A stretch of 64,000 bases of DNA from Microthyrium microscopicum (Eukaryota): assembly GCA_010405405.1 (NCBI GenBank), contig MU004244.1:3895-67894 (forward strand). Reading direction: 5' to 3'. Position 1 is the first letter of the stretch, and each line of letters begins with the position of its first letter. Shown piece by piece: positions 11,993-24,954 of this stretch. The notes under the pieces are model-generated. The model made no database searches and had not been told where the DNA came from. It saw only the letters and a list, made by a program, of their open reading frames with translations. The position numbers were made by a program, and so were the translations under genes.

Positions 11993-13171
11993 CTTGAGGA
12001 CAAAAGGCCTTTCAGTGCCAGTGCTTCAATGGAAAAGCTGGGGCGCAATGTTTTTGCACGGTCTTGAGAGACTGTGTTCTGATATTGGTCTTTACGATGA
12101 AACTTGGGCTCCGGGTGGAAAAGGTATTGGAGTTGGAAAAGGTTGAAACACTGAAGTTTGGCTTGAACAAGAACAATTTTTAGTTCTACAATTGTTAGCA
12201 TGAATGCTCCGTCGGTCTGCAAAGCAGTTGCAGTGCTGGTTAGTGGGGTGTTTCCTCAAGTGCTGCGCCAGGACTTGTTTAAATTTTACCTCCTTCTAAT
12301 ATTCTCTTATTCTCTTGCTGAATTGGGCATCTGCTTGAGGGTAATGATACACAAAGGGGAAGGAGCCGTCGGGGTGAGCAGAGCAAGGAATCAATCAACT
12401 AAGGCAACTAGCACTTAATAGCGTGGTAGTGAGCCAGCTTAACCACTTCAGAAGCTGAGAGGTAGGTACCAAAAATGAGCATTATGTTCAAGGATGTATA
12501 AAGGATGTCAACGCCGAAGCTTCGAGTCGGAATGATAATTAGCGCTTTTAAGTTGTGGCCAAGTCATGAAACACATACCCGAAAACTGATATCTGTTCGA
12601 GCTAATTCAATTCTGCACAATCTTGAGATCAGTCACCAGGGCGGTAGCCTAGTAAAACACCAGAAATCTTTTCACTTCGCCACAAGTCGAGTTTTTCGGG
12701 GTAATAGCGCCCTTGGAAAAGTGCCCAGAGAGTTTACCTATCAACTACAATGGCACAAAGATATTCAGTTCCATTGATTCTTAAAGCATCAATCACTAAG
12801 GGACAAGAGTTCTAAACGTGAGGAGTTGATGGCATAGGCCGTTACTAGACCCAAATTTTCGAAGATGTTCACAATAATATGCTGCGAGATGGGCTTTTGT
12901 GAAGTTCATGAAGAGCAGCCAAAAGCTTCATTTTATTGAATAATGAAGTGCAGAGCTGCAGACAAGAGGCCCTTCAGACTCTCGAAGAAGATAGTCTAAA
13001 AGGTAGGCTTTAGAGTAAGGCTATGGCTGATTTTCTTAAATAAAACGGGTTCAGGAACTCAATCCTATCTAGTTCCCTAAAGAGTCTGAACAAAATGTTA
13101 TGTATCTCATTCACAAAAACTTCATAAGAATCACACTAGATGAAACACTCTTCCTGCCTTGAAGCTGATAC

Positions 13172-14413
13172 CTAGGCTCCAGATGTTTCTTGGCCCAGAT
13201 TACCGGTTGCCAGGTCTTTTTTCTTCTTCAGCAACTGCGCCCGCTCACGCTTCAGACGACGAAGCTCCACGACCAAAGGATGTCGATCTCGAGTCAGAGG
13301 ACGCGGAGCAATGCGACGAATTTGGTCGGGGGCAATATAGCCGACGGAACAAGTCTGAATGACCCAATCGCGATCCTCATGGGACCAAATCTGGGGGGAG
13401 AACCAATGTCCTGACTCCACCCGAGCAGTATTGTGACATTCAAGCATATGTTTGGAGAATTGGTAACTGCCTTTCAAGAATTCGAAGCGGTCAGGCTGAT
13501 GGTGCTTGTTATGAATGACTTCTGCGTTACCGCCATCTAAAAACACGTTAGTGTGGCAAAAATATCAAAGAGCGGATTACTTACTGCAGTAACGACACCC
13601 TAGCAGGACCCAGTTTCCATTCTTATCCTGAGTTACAGGGAACTCGGTGACTTCCATGGAGGCTCGTGTGTTCTTGACAACGAGGTCTGCGGGTATATAG
13701 GGAATTGGTGAGGGAGTTGGCGCGAAGGCGTGGATCTGGCGGTCTTCCAAAGCGGCAATTGCCGAATCAACCACTTGGAGGCGAGCATCGATCTGCGCAA
13801 TTGCTGCCTGTGATCCAATTTGGACGGTCGCGGGAGGGTTAGAAGTTCCACTCATCACGATATCTTGCTGAGGCTGCGGATTCGGAACAGATGGGGTGGG
13901 AAGCAGGAACGAAAGACTTGGTAGAAGAGGAACAGACGACCGATCGCCTGGCATCGAGGGAGAAAATGGATCGACTCCAGTTGGGCCATATATCTCGGAG
14001 CGAGTGCCATTGTCCACCAAGCTGAAAGCCACTGGCGTTCTAGGGAAATCTGAAGCTCCTGGCTCGAGCTCAAAATCACATGGATCCAGAGTAGGTATCA
14101 ATGCAGGTGAGTTGGGCATCGTATCGCTAAGGAATGCACCTGGACGAAAAGAGACGGCATCCGGGAGGTTCAGCGACTCGGGATAGCCCCGGAAATGCAT
14201 CGTGTTCGTAAAGCGATCATATTTGACATGCCCATTTGGCGCAGGATAGATGGTTGGCATTATTGGAGCAGTGGGATCCAACATTTGTGAATTTCGAGCT
14301 CGAGAGTCAAGAGGATGATCTACCACTGGAATTTCTTGAAACCGAGAATAGGCATAGCCGTGAGAAGGCGAAGGGAAGTCAGGCTCATTGAGAAAGTCGG
14401 AATCATCAGACAT
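13172..14413 (-). CDS. Atypical zinc-finger family member A (~397 aa); exons 14413-13585 and 13536-13172
   Basis: A 48-nt intron (GTAAGT...CTAAC...TAG) gives FPVTQDKNGNWVLLGCRYCNGGNAE...FEFLKGSYQFSKHMLECH; basic C-terminal helix. Confidence 0.78.
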
Positions 14414-16627
14414 TTTGAAAACTTTGGAGAGTCTTCGTGAGCTAGTGAAGATTTGATGTTGAAGGAAATTGTAGACAGGGAATTTATGAAATGGCGGAAT
14501 GAAGGCTTCGATTGTTCATGAAATTTATATATGGCGCCAACATGATTTCAAGTGATGGTAGTCTCCCTCGAGAGGTTGCCCATGGTGAAAGTGTCCCTTC
14601 AGGTACAGAAATAGTAACATGTTCCAAAGGTTATAGAGCAGTGAAGGAAACGAAGAGCCATTGAAAGAGGGGAAAGAACATGGAAAAAAGACAGGCACCT
14701 CGTCAACAGTAGTGAACTACTGCCTCTTGAAGAGGAGGTGGCGATGATAGGCAAGAGGCACACATCGCCAAAGTGAAACTATTCACCTCCCTTTTAAGAG
14801 GAAAGAGGTTTTGGAACAGCTACAACGCTTTAAAAAACAGAAATCCCAGAAAGAATTCGAGCCTCATCAGACAGATCAATCATGCATCAAGCCCAATTAA
14901 TATCCATATTCAATCCAATCGACTGAACTGGAGCGCCAGAACTTCATGACCAATTGTATGTGTACATAATTTGTAAAGTCCAATCGAGCGGTAAGAAGTC
15001 GCTGCTATGGGATGCTTGAGCGAAGGGACGACGCGACAATTCTGGTCGAAAAGCAACAATAATCAATGCTGAGTTCCACCAACCCGACAGCCGGATCAGT
15101 AGCATGGCCTCGACATGGAGCGTCTGGTACGCTGTCAATACCTTTGATCAACCAAAGACTACGGTAAGGATGGAATTGAGATGATGCCTTTCAGTGTTAC
15201 AATATGAATCAACGCGCGCGCGCTGGGCCGGCCAGGAGTCTTTGGATCCGCTGCCTAATCTATCAAACACATATGGTCATCAGCTGAACTGGATGGGATT
15301 GGACATGATGCCACGGCAATCAAGGAGAATTCAAGGAATGAGCAAAGACATGAATTTCAGCAATCGCTTCCCTGATGACCACCGCCTCCTCCAAAGAAAG
15401 AATATCGAATCTCCTGTTTCACCCCATTGACAATAAACCAAGACACTTTCATGAGAAGTATGATACTTGATCACAGCGCGTGATCGACAATTGATATCGA
15501 CTGACTGGAGCCCGCCACTTATTGCCTCCAGTTGAACAAACATAGTGTGATGATCGGATAGCAATTCGCAGGATGTGCTCCCATTCGAGGGTAAATGTCC
15601 TGACCACTATTTGCCAACCCAATGTATATACAATGCCCTCTCATGAATATCATCCTTGTAAAAGTTGGCACGGAATTGTTCTTCTACAGGGGTCATAAGC
15701 ATCTGTCCAATGAGATGTCAAGCCACACGGGAGCTAATGGTAATCCCTGCGAAATGGATGTCTCCCACTTTACAACAATCATTGTAACAAAGGGATCAGA
15801 AGAGGAGGAAGTCTGGCTGCTTTGCTCATATATCTGGCATTTTCCGGTAGCGGATGATCTGGTAGACGACCAGCGCAAGGCCTCTAAGCATTTGTAGATA
15901 CGCAGTAAATAGATGTAGGTCAGATGGGCATGCACTGAGAATGGCAACTGGTCGAAAATTTGGCTGACTTGCGCTAGAGATGACGGGATCTATCACCATA
16001 TTCCAACAAAACAATGGGCTGTCGTTTACAGCGCATGAGATAGACTTGTTCAGTGGTCATGCCCGGACATGAAAAACAAAGCAATCATATAAGGTAACAA
16101 AGGGCATGAACGAGGCTTTTGATTGGGGCACATGCTTTGAGATTTTACATTGGCAGGAAAGCTTTTTTAAGTCGCAATGGTACTCTCATGGCTTTCGATG
16201 TCAGGAGGACTTTCTTGTTAATTTCAGCTCAAAGTTTTACAATACAAGATGCAATTTGACTAGTTCTATTCTACATATCCAGCGCATGATGTCGAGGCAA
16301 CAAGACCAGAAAAGCTGGTTATGACCCGCATAAAACCCAAAGTAAACGCTGGCATCGCTTGTCCCGAAAACCTCGAGCTTTTGGAAGCCATTGCCATTCT
16401 TGGCAGTCTTGCTTTTGGAATATAAATATACATGCTGCAACCTTCTGCTTTCTGCATCACAGCCTATCATTGCCATCAAGCCAGAAAGAGCAATAAAGTC
16501 ATCGTACCTGCCACCGAAGGCAGCCACTCCTCGCCGCTATCTCCCCATAGTTCATCATTCTTGATACCCTTGATACCAACATCCTTTTCAATCACTGATC
16601 ATGCTTCTCGTCGGAATTTGGCGTCCT

Positions 16628-17785
16628 TTATTCCTTCTTGACGCGCTTCTTTCGAGGCTTGAGTGGCGGTAATTGGCCAGTAGCGCGTCTGTGGTCCTTG
16701 TCGGCCGTGCCTTCATCTCTTGCCTTCTTCTTGCTGGGATGAAGTTTGACCCACACTGGCTTTGGGACGATGCTGCCTTTTTCATCCTCGGTGATGATTC
16801 CCACGTTGCATACCCTATTGATGAAGTCCCAGCCGCCCCGTTCCGTCTTTTTGAGCGGCTTCCAGTCCTCATCGGAGGGAGTCAAGCCATGTGTAGAAGC
16901 CAGATGCTCTTGTAGAGCGCGCTGGGATGAGATGAATGTCAATCGTCTCGCAGTGCCATTCTTCGATACCGCGGCCCGACAGTTTCCTCCATCTGGTATA
17001 GGGTATTAGCATGGCGACGTTATCAACGAGAGGTATTCCTTACCACAGAACTTGCATCCTAACAGGATATATCGCGTGACACCGTCCTTGTAAGGAGTAG
17101 GGTCCTCGACGACAGGAAGATCCTTCATCTGTAACTCTGCCGGGTCGGGGAGCTGAGTCTTGGTGGTGATCTTGACTTTTGGAGGATAGTGGCCGCCAAG
17201 AGCGCGGATCACGACCCAGTCCGGGATCGATGGTCCCAGTTTTGGTAGTGTATACTCCTCGGTATCAGAATCTGCTTCCTCGCCATAGGCGTCATCATCA
17301 CTATCAGGCTCCTCCTGTTTCATCTCCCCATCGTCTCCATCGGACTCTTGTTGGTCAGTGCCCTCAAATACGGTCTCGTATGATCGTTTTTGGGAAGTTC
17401 TAGACGCTCGGGTAGGGAAGAGGTAATCCGGGGCCATCGGGTTATCCTCAAAGTGGAAATCTTCATTTTGAGCAGGAAAGACGATGGAGTCAGTGTTACC
17501 GTCCTTTACGAGATCTATTGGACGAGCAACAGCCGGCTGCGGATGCGCCCTCAGGTGATCGGAGGTCCCATATCGGTTGCTCTGTGATAGCTCTTTGGAA
17601 TAGTGAGAAGTGTGACTATTTCTGCGGAGTGCCAGATTGGCTTGGCGGAAGGAGACGAAATCTGGATCGAAGTCGAGATATTCACTGGGGTCGAAATCAT
17701 CCTGGGGATTGGCCTCTTCCTCACGCACGGAAGACTTGGTGTCCTCGTAGTAGGAAGAGCCGTCGTGCTCGTGGTTGAAAGACAT
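16628..17785 (-). CDS. Atypical zinc-finger family member B (~368 aa); exons 17785-17044 and 16992-16628
   Basis: A 51-nt intron gives LPVVED...ILLGCKFCDGGNCR...LTFISSQRALQEHLASTH; acidic tract and NLS-like end KPRKKRVKKE. Confidence 0.78.
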
Positions 17786-18698
17786 TTCGGATGTGGTGAT
17801 GACTGCAATTAACAAGAGTCTTTGGGGTATTCTCGCATTGAGATCTATTTTTGAACGAGAGAGGAACTTCGAATTGTCAGAACGTGGGTGGTGGGAAGAG
17901 CGGTGGATCAAGATGGAGGATGAACTGAAAAATATTTATAGTGGTCATGTTCACAGTGGTCCACCTTAAACACTTAATAACGGCAAGAGCCACGGGAAAG
18001 TGAAAGTTCAAGTCTTCAAATGGCAGTCGCGACCTAGAGAAGTGACAGTGACAGAAGTCGCTCTTTCCTAGCACGCGACGACCCGGGCGGGAAGGCACGA
18101 GGTATGGCGTCTCAGATCTTAGATCTCGCTTTTCGCGGCAAGCGTATTCAACTGCGAAGTACTAGCTCCTACCTCATCACTCGAGAACGGGCCTTCGGGG
18201 TTGGAAGCTGAAAGCTACGCTCATGGTAGCAAAATCTGAAAATGAGTTGTCAAGTTGCTGATCTCCAGATTTCACCGACACAGCATTATTTCATCGCTTT
18301 GTGAGTACCAAACTAGAACATCGAGCATCCTTTTGGTTTTATATAATACTTTGTTCTTGGCGAGGGACACATTGGTTCCTATATCTACCTCTTTATTACA
18401 CATTAATCGCTTCGAAAGCCTGGTTGACATATCGATACTTCTTTTCAACTACCACAACGTATTATCAGAGGTTGATCTTGCTAGATGGACATCTAGCTCC
18501 GCTTCGTAACAGAATAGCAATATTTGAACAGCACAATAGATGATACTACAACACGATCAACTTCTTCCCTCTCCTTCTCTCATACACCAAGTCAACTAAT
18601 GCCCTAAAGCTTTGCAGCTTGAGCCGCGACTGGCAGCTTCTTCAAATAACCCAGAGGCATCGTATTATACCTGTGCGACTTCTATCAACTTAAGGCTC

Positions 18699-19100
18699 TT
18701 AATTCTCCTCATCATCGTATCGCTTGGGCTTTTTGGACGCGCGGCGAGGAAGAAGAGTATTGGCGTTGTGGACTTGCTCTTGCTGGACATTGCCTTGAGA
18801 AGTCTCAGCTTCTTGAGGCGGCTGATAGGCCTCGAATGATAGCTCAAAAGCAGTCTCTGCTTTTTTCGCCTTTGCCTCTGCCAACGCCTTCTTCGCCGCC
18901 GCATCAGCTTTCGCTTTTTGTCGACCAGCCTTTCGATCGTCCTGGCTCTCCTTGGCAAACTTCGAGACGACCACTTTGGGGATGATTCTACAGGTTTCGT
19001 CGTCGGGGATGGTCTCGACATGACAAGGGCTCATAGCCTAATCCCAGCTGTTTCGATATTTTCTCAGTGCCGTAGGCTCCTCATCGTGAACGGCCTTGAC
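18699..19100 (-). pseudogene. Truncated zinc-finger family remnant C (3' part only), closest to member D
   Basis: VKAVHDEEPTALRKYRNSWD*AMSPCHVE...KVVVSKFAKESQDDRKAGR aligns with D (QAVHEEMPTLPKKDRANWNWLKHRCV...KIIVSDIAEESQKKREAGR). In-frame TAG at 19040-19038; no CxxC half found upstream. Confidence 0.7.
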
Positions 19101-19461
19101 TATAGTCATGAGTTACTGACACTCTATTGTCATGCTTCGCGGACAAATCATTATACTATTGCTTTTTGATTACGAGCGACGGACATGGCATATCTCTTTG
19201 GTGCTATGAAACATTTCAAATGGTTTTGAGGGAAGCCTTTGTTCTTATTTTATTCTCTACTTCACGTTTCCCTTGCGGAGCTCGCTTGGGTTGATCATAC
19301 AACTGTTTTACATCAATTATTTTTAAACGAAATGAGTCTTGCCAAAACGACAACCCTGTGCTCGGTACAAGAGCATAATAATAACAAATCAACCGCTGGA
19401 CCACGACAGCACAGTAGCAGCATCCTGAGCACATCTCCTACCTCTTTCCCAGCGAAAGAGT

Positions 19462-21141
19462 TCAATGAATCTTCCCATCTTCGGCCTGATTATATTTCCT
19501 AGACATGTATTCAAGCCACTTGACCTTGCCAGTACGAACGCCTAGACGCGATCCCCGAAAGAAGTCTCGCTGGTCATAAACTTCTTCACCCACCATCATC
19601 CGTCGCTCGCGGCGTAGGGAAGACTCATCCAAAGCAGAAAGCTGGGCACTTTCGTCGTAGAATGTCGCCTGCTGGAAAGGGACTTCGTATTCAATAAGCT
19701 CATCAGCTTCAGACTTCTCAACACCCTTCTTCGCACCCTTCTTCTTCTTTTTGGGGTTACCTCGACCCGCCTCTCGCTTCTTCTGGCTCTCTTCGGCAAT
19801 ATCAGAGACAATTATTTTGGCCTTCAGACTAGCCTTGACGTTGTCAAGTTCGGTTTCTGGAAACTCTTCATAGACACATCGATGCTTTAGCCAGTTCCAA
19901 TTGGCCCGATCTTTCTTTGGCAGGGTCGGCATTTCTTCATGAACAGCTTGAAGGTGCGCGGCAAAAGCTCGTGGCCCTCGGAGGAAACCGAGACGATCTT
20001 TCGAGGCTTGGTAGAATCGCGCATTGCCCCAGGGTCCTGCCACAGCTTGTTAGTAGTAAATGGAGAAGGAATCTGGGGCTCACTTACCACATTCCGGATA
20101 CGGACAGCCTAGGAGTCCTATGAAGCCATTGCCTAGATCGATCATGGGTAGCTCGTCAAGACTTTCGATGGTGGTAGCATCGGGCTGCTCCAAAGCTACC
20201 CCTGGTTGTGGTCGTGCCGGTGCTCGCTTCTTCTTTGGAGTATTCGCGATAGAAGCCGGAGCTGAGGATCCTTGCTTGAATGGCAGTTGTATTGGCTGTG
20301 CCAGATTTGTCAGGTCCGGATTGGGCAGTGTTGGGTCTAGTGACCTCAGCGTTGGTGAATATGATTGAGTGTTGTAGTAGGCCACAGGAGAGGAGGATCC
20401 TTGTTCTTGCGCTGAGAGGTGTGAAATTGGGGTCTCAGCCTGCGAGGGATAGGTTTCTGGTGTTTGCACTCGGCGAGAATATCGTGATTGGCTTGTCAGA
20501 TGTGGTCGCGGCTGCTTTCGCGTTTGCTTGCTATGTGGCTGTCGCTGTTGCTGTCGTGTCTGCTTCTTGGGTCGATTTCGTGCTCGCTTATTGGTCTTCC
20601 GAGAAAGATCTTTGTCTTCAACATATGGTCGCTTTGCTGTGACTGGACTTCCTTGGCCTGCTTGCAAATCGGAAGCCGAATGAGGGATGTTTTGTGTAAG
20701 ACCAGGATCCACTACGGAGGTTTCCATACGGAGAACAGACGCTGGGTCCAATGGCGAAGCTCCAATAGGATCCGGATTCAATGACATGCCAAGAGCAGGA
20801 GACCATCGGTCTGGAGGAAATTGGTAGTACTGGCTGTCGTCATAGCCATCTTCGAACTAGGAGAGATGTCAGTTTGTTTTATCTGAACCGCAACTGCTTC
20901 TACTTACAGTTGTAAGATATGTCTCTAGATTGGGGAGGCCCAGCCAAGCGTGATACTCCTCCGAGCTCATGCCTTCCTTGTAATCAGGTGTTGATGGATT
21001 GAGATCGGCTTCGATCATTCGCATTAGATCCGTGGAGGTCGGATTCTCATAATTGATTTCGGTGTCATATAAGATCTCTGAAACTCGACAACTCACTCCG
21101 CCGGCAAATTTACGGTCCCGAGTCACATACCGAGACGGCAT
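19462..21141 (-). CDS. Atypical zinc-finger family member D (~525 aa); exons 21141-20908, 20856-20088 and 20036-19462
   Basis: Two 51-nt GTAAGT...AG introns join three ORFs in frame; LPMIDLGNGFIGLLGCPYPECGPWGNAR...FLRGPRAFAAHLQAVH; poly-Lys NLS-like run. Confidence 0.78.
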
Positions 21142-22683
21142 GGTGGACGGCGCGGTAAACTCCGGCGGTCAGATATTAGGAGGCGATATGTTGAGAGAAG
21201 CGAACAGAAAATAAAGGTAGATGATTTCGGGAGGAGAACAGAAGAGTTCGACCACTTTGCGAGTCGTTGGGATATTCGAGGAATACGGTGTTTTGGTAGG
21301 CACAAGGAATGGTGGGAAGAGGTGCTAAGGAGGTGTTATTACAACAAGAAAGGGTAAGAGATAGAGCAGCAAAACTCCATGGACTAGCGCTACTTGGATG
21401 GATTTTAGGGCCGGCACGTGCTTCCACCTCGTCTTCGAAGATATTCGTTGCGAGGTAGCGTGGAGGCTAGAATAGTCGAGGTGCCATTGTCGCGCACTAA
21501 CTCATCGCGTCAATCGCCAGGAGACGAAACACAAAGGAACGAAAGCATACCGATAGTTAATGTGCTTAGATTAGTTCACCATCTCTGCTATACATTCCTG
21601 GCTCTGTTGTATTGAGCTTTTCGTTGGAGATCTGCTGCAGGCGAGCTACCACATTAGTACTTGAAAGTAAAGATATAACCTCAATTTACATGGAAGAGTG
21701 TGAATTATCGGCGTCTGCTCTTTCTGTAATGTTTTGATCAAAGAAGTTTCTTGTTTCTGATGTGGATAGCATCGGACTGAGCTTCTGAGTGGTCTAAAAA
21801 GCGAAAATTGAGCGAAATCTGGCATAACATCACGATGAACACACTCTCTGCCCGCTTTTTTGTCTCAGTCTCAACTCGGAAGTACCTAGGTAGTTATATA
21901 CGACGTATACGCCGCGGCCTCAGATAATCTACTTCGACTTCTCATATATGGCACCGATCTCGGCTCAGTCTAACAGAGTAGGAGTTTACATCGGCCCCAT
22001 TGTCTTCTTTCTGTTGAATTCTAAAGCCAGCACAAGATCTACTGCCTACGCAAGCGATCTGAAGTTTACCATGGTACGAAGGATCATTCGCAGTAGATCC
22101 GGTGTAAACTGTTGGGTTCCTCACTCTTTCATTGGAAGGGTGCGCTGGCAACATGGCAACTTAGTCGAGTGGATTATGATGCAAATACTGGGCTTTTTTT
22201 GGTACCCTGACAGTGCGTCTTATGTACCTTGAAATCATCTGGTTCTCAGGAGTTTCTTGGTAACACACAAAAACTGAAGCTTATCGTATCTCACAAGGTT
22301 GATCTCTCAACTGGAAAGTTACATCGAAATATCTCATATTATGTCTACCATTTCTCAGTTTGATGAGGACTTTGTATTTATGGTGGTGGATTGTTTATTC
22401 ATCGGCTTGGAATATCTATATTTTGCCGATCGCAATACATCAAAAGCTTATGACTCTGTTCATCATATTGACAAGATCTACCAAGATAGCTTGCCATAAC
22501 AAATACCAAACCTTGCAAGAGCAATCAACACCACTACTAGGGATATCCAGCTAGGCTTTGAGCAATCATAGCATGACAAAGAGTCAAAATCCACCAAACA
22601 ATAGCTCGCTCGCTCTGCTGTTTTGGGCCTCAACGTAAGCAGTACCCGAGCTTTCTCTCCTCTCTCACCTGTCTCTTCAAGCG

Positions 22684-24954
22684 TCATATCTGGCGCGGCT
22701 TCTTATACAAGTTGTACAATTTGATGCCCTCCTCGTCTTCATCCGCCTCCAGATCGTCCAGGGATCGTTTTGGAGATTTGACTGCAGCGCCATAGCTAAG
22801 ACATGGGCTTTGGCCAGAGACATGATGATTCGGCTTTAACATGTTAGCATGTGAGCTGTGGCGGTCGGTCTGATAGTTCAAGCGGTTAGTTGATGCGGCG
22901 AACTGCATCACAGGTTGGTCGGGCTGCCAGGCTAGAACATAGTTGCCATCGAATGCAGCATTTGGAGTCTGGGCGCGAGCCTGAGCGCGGGCCGACTCCT
23001 GGGCTTCAAGCTTTCGTTTAACCTGCGCCTTTTCGCGGCCTTCACTTCGCTTTTTTTTCTCGCCATCATCAAGCTTCGAAGACGCCATAATGGGGATCAA
23101 TGTATGGAGCTCAGACTTCGGTACCTTACGCCGACCACAGCGTTTCTGAAGCCATATCAAGCGACGAGCATCGTACTTGTCTAATTTTGCACCATTCGCG
23201 TCGACTGGCTCCTCGCCATGGGCAGCTTTCATATGGGCAATCATGCCGAGAGTCCCTTTGAAGAAGACCAGCTTGTCTGGGACATTAGACTTCTTGATGC
23301 CTTGTGTCCATCGTGCGTTACCTCCCGGGCCTGTTATGAGGATGTCAGTGTCTAGGGTGTGAGCGGATAGATCGTACTTACCGCATTGATGATGTGGACA
23401 TCCCAGTAGCACAATGGTGCCGTCGTTTAGATCAAGAATCGGAAGTTTCGTCAGGTCATCCTTGTACTTGAGAGGATTTGGCAGCTCCATCATCGCTCCC
23501 GCGCCCGTGCGAGCTGGCGTACGAGAATTGCTTGCAGTCGTAACAAGGGGAGTAGAAGAGGAAGAGGAAGCGGCGCACGATGGTGACAGTTGCTGGACTG
23601 CACATGATTGTCTCGCTCCTACAGGATTTGGGGCACTCATCTTCTGGGCAGGCGTAGTCGTAGTCGATGCTGTATGTCCATCCAGAACTGGTGAAGCACA
23701 ATTATTTTCAGACGACGTAGCAGTGAGGTACTGTGCGCTTCGCATTGGAGAAGGTGCGAAATGTTTTGGACCAAGCATATCAGGCGATGGACTCTGGGGA
23801 GGAAATACTGAACGGACAACGAACTGCGGACTCAGTAATGGTAGACATGATTGCAACAAGAATATGCCGAGGGCGCTAGGCATCTCTCCTGGGTCAACAG
23901 TGCTGCGATCAACAAAGCCATCGTGGCTGCTGTTGACGTCTACACGAGAGTCGTGATGGTACTGTTCATGCTCGGTCACACCGCGGGAGTATTCAGAGAT
24001 GGCATAGTCATTTGCAGAAGAAACTGCTCGACTATGTACAGAATGTCCAGGCACAGAGTGGACTGCAGAGTTTTCTGGAAGCGTAATCCGCAAGCGCTTT
24101 GGCGAATCTGGTTGGTGGAAATGGTCATCGTCTAATTGTCGTTTCCCACGCTGAGTTGATTTTGGCGCCCGGGAATGGCAAGACTTTGCGATTGAAGTTC
24201 TATTTATCAACTCAGCGCGAGAAGATGTATCATTGACCAGAAGAGTTTGATTGAGAGACACTCTTTTCTGGGTCGTAACTGGCAGATGCTGGACATGCGA
24301 CTTCTCTACCCCGTCTCTAATCCATGGAGTTCCATATTCAGGAATTGTGCTGCCATTAGCTATTCCAAACACTGTCTCCAACTCTTTCGAAGTATGTTGA
24401 GCATAGAGGTCATCCAGTTCTTCTGTGGTACATTGAAGGATCTCGCCATCAAGGTCTATGTCTATATCTGGCGAGGATTTGGTAGTGAATTGAGAAATTG
24501 GGCCTTGGATCGTGGTGGTGAGCTCCTCGGGATTAGTCGATAGATTTGAATACTCCTCTACAACGGCCAGGAATTCATCGGGACTAGTGGATAGTAAATA
24601 CATGGCATCCAATGCTGCAAACGTCTCGAGCGAAAGTGCGACTTCTGGAGTTATGACGGGGGAGACGTGTTGAGGAGAGTATCCGACTAGACTTCTTTCA
24701 ATGTGTGACTCGCTCGGGAGGTCTTGCGCATATTTATCTTCGGGATGATATTCGTCGTAGGTTCCAGGAGACTCGAAGGGCGGCATACCATGGCTTTCCA
24801 AGTCGCGTTTCTGGAGTGAGTGGCTGACATCGCCATCGATGACTTCTTGACTGTCGTACAGCCAGGACGCCTTGTGATCAACAAGTGTTGAGAAGCTATT
24901 CGCGTCTGCGGCTGGCGAGTCGCGACGGCTAGCAGAGTCTCCAGCAGATGACAT
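22684..24954 (-). CDS. Atypical zinc-finger family member E (~739 aa after removing an in-frame intron at 23381-23331)
   Basis: Long ORF with LPILDLNDGTIVLLGCPHHQC-G-PGGNAR...FFKGTLGMIAHMKAAH. A 51-nt stop-free GTAAGT...CTGAC...CAG intron sits at the family-conserved site. Confidence 0.78.
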   Translation of the reverse strand: MSSAGDSASRRDSPAADANSFSTLVDHKASWLYDSQEVIDGDVSHSLQKRDLESHGMPPFESPGTYDEYHPEDKYAQDLPSESHIERSLVGYSPQHVSPVITPEVALSLETFAALDAMYLLSTSPDEFLAVVEEYSNLSTNPEELTTTIQGPISQFTTKSSPDIDIDLDGEILQCTTEELDDLYAQHTSKELETVFGIANGSTIPEYGTPWIRDGVEKSHVQHLPVTTQKRVSLNQTLLVNDTSSRAELINRTSIAKSCHSRAPKSTQRGKRQLDDDHFHQPDSPKRLRITLPENSAVHSVPGHSVHSRAVSSANDYAISEYSRGVTEHEQYHHDSRVDVNSSHDGFVDRSTVDPGEMPSALGIFLLQSCLPLLSPQFVVRSVFPPQSPSPDMLGPKHFAPSPMRSAQYLTATSSENNCASPVLDGHTASTTTTPAQKMSAPNPVGARQSCAVQQLSPSCAASSSSSTPLVTTASNSRTPARTGAGAMMELPNPLKYKDDLTKLPILDLNDGTIVLLGCPHHQCGKYDLSAHTLDTDILITGPGGNARWTQGIKKSNVPDKLVFFKGTLGMIAHMKAAHGEEPVDANGAKLDKYDARRLIWLQKRCGRRKVPKSELHTLIPIMASSKLDDGEKKKRSEGREKAQVKRKLEAQESARAQARAQTPNAAFDGNYVLAWQPDQPVMQFAASTNRLNYQTDRHSSHANMLKPNHHVSGQSPCLSYGAAVKSPKRSLDDLEADEDEEGIKLYNLYKKPRQI

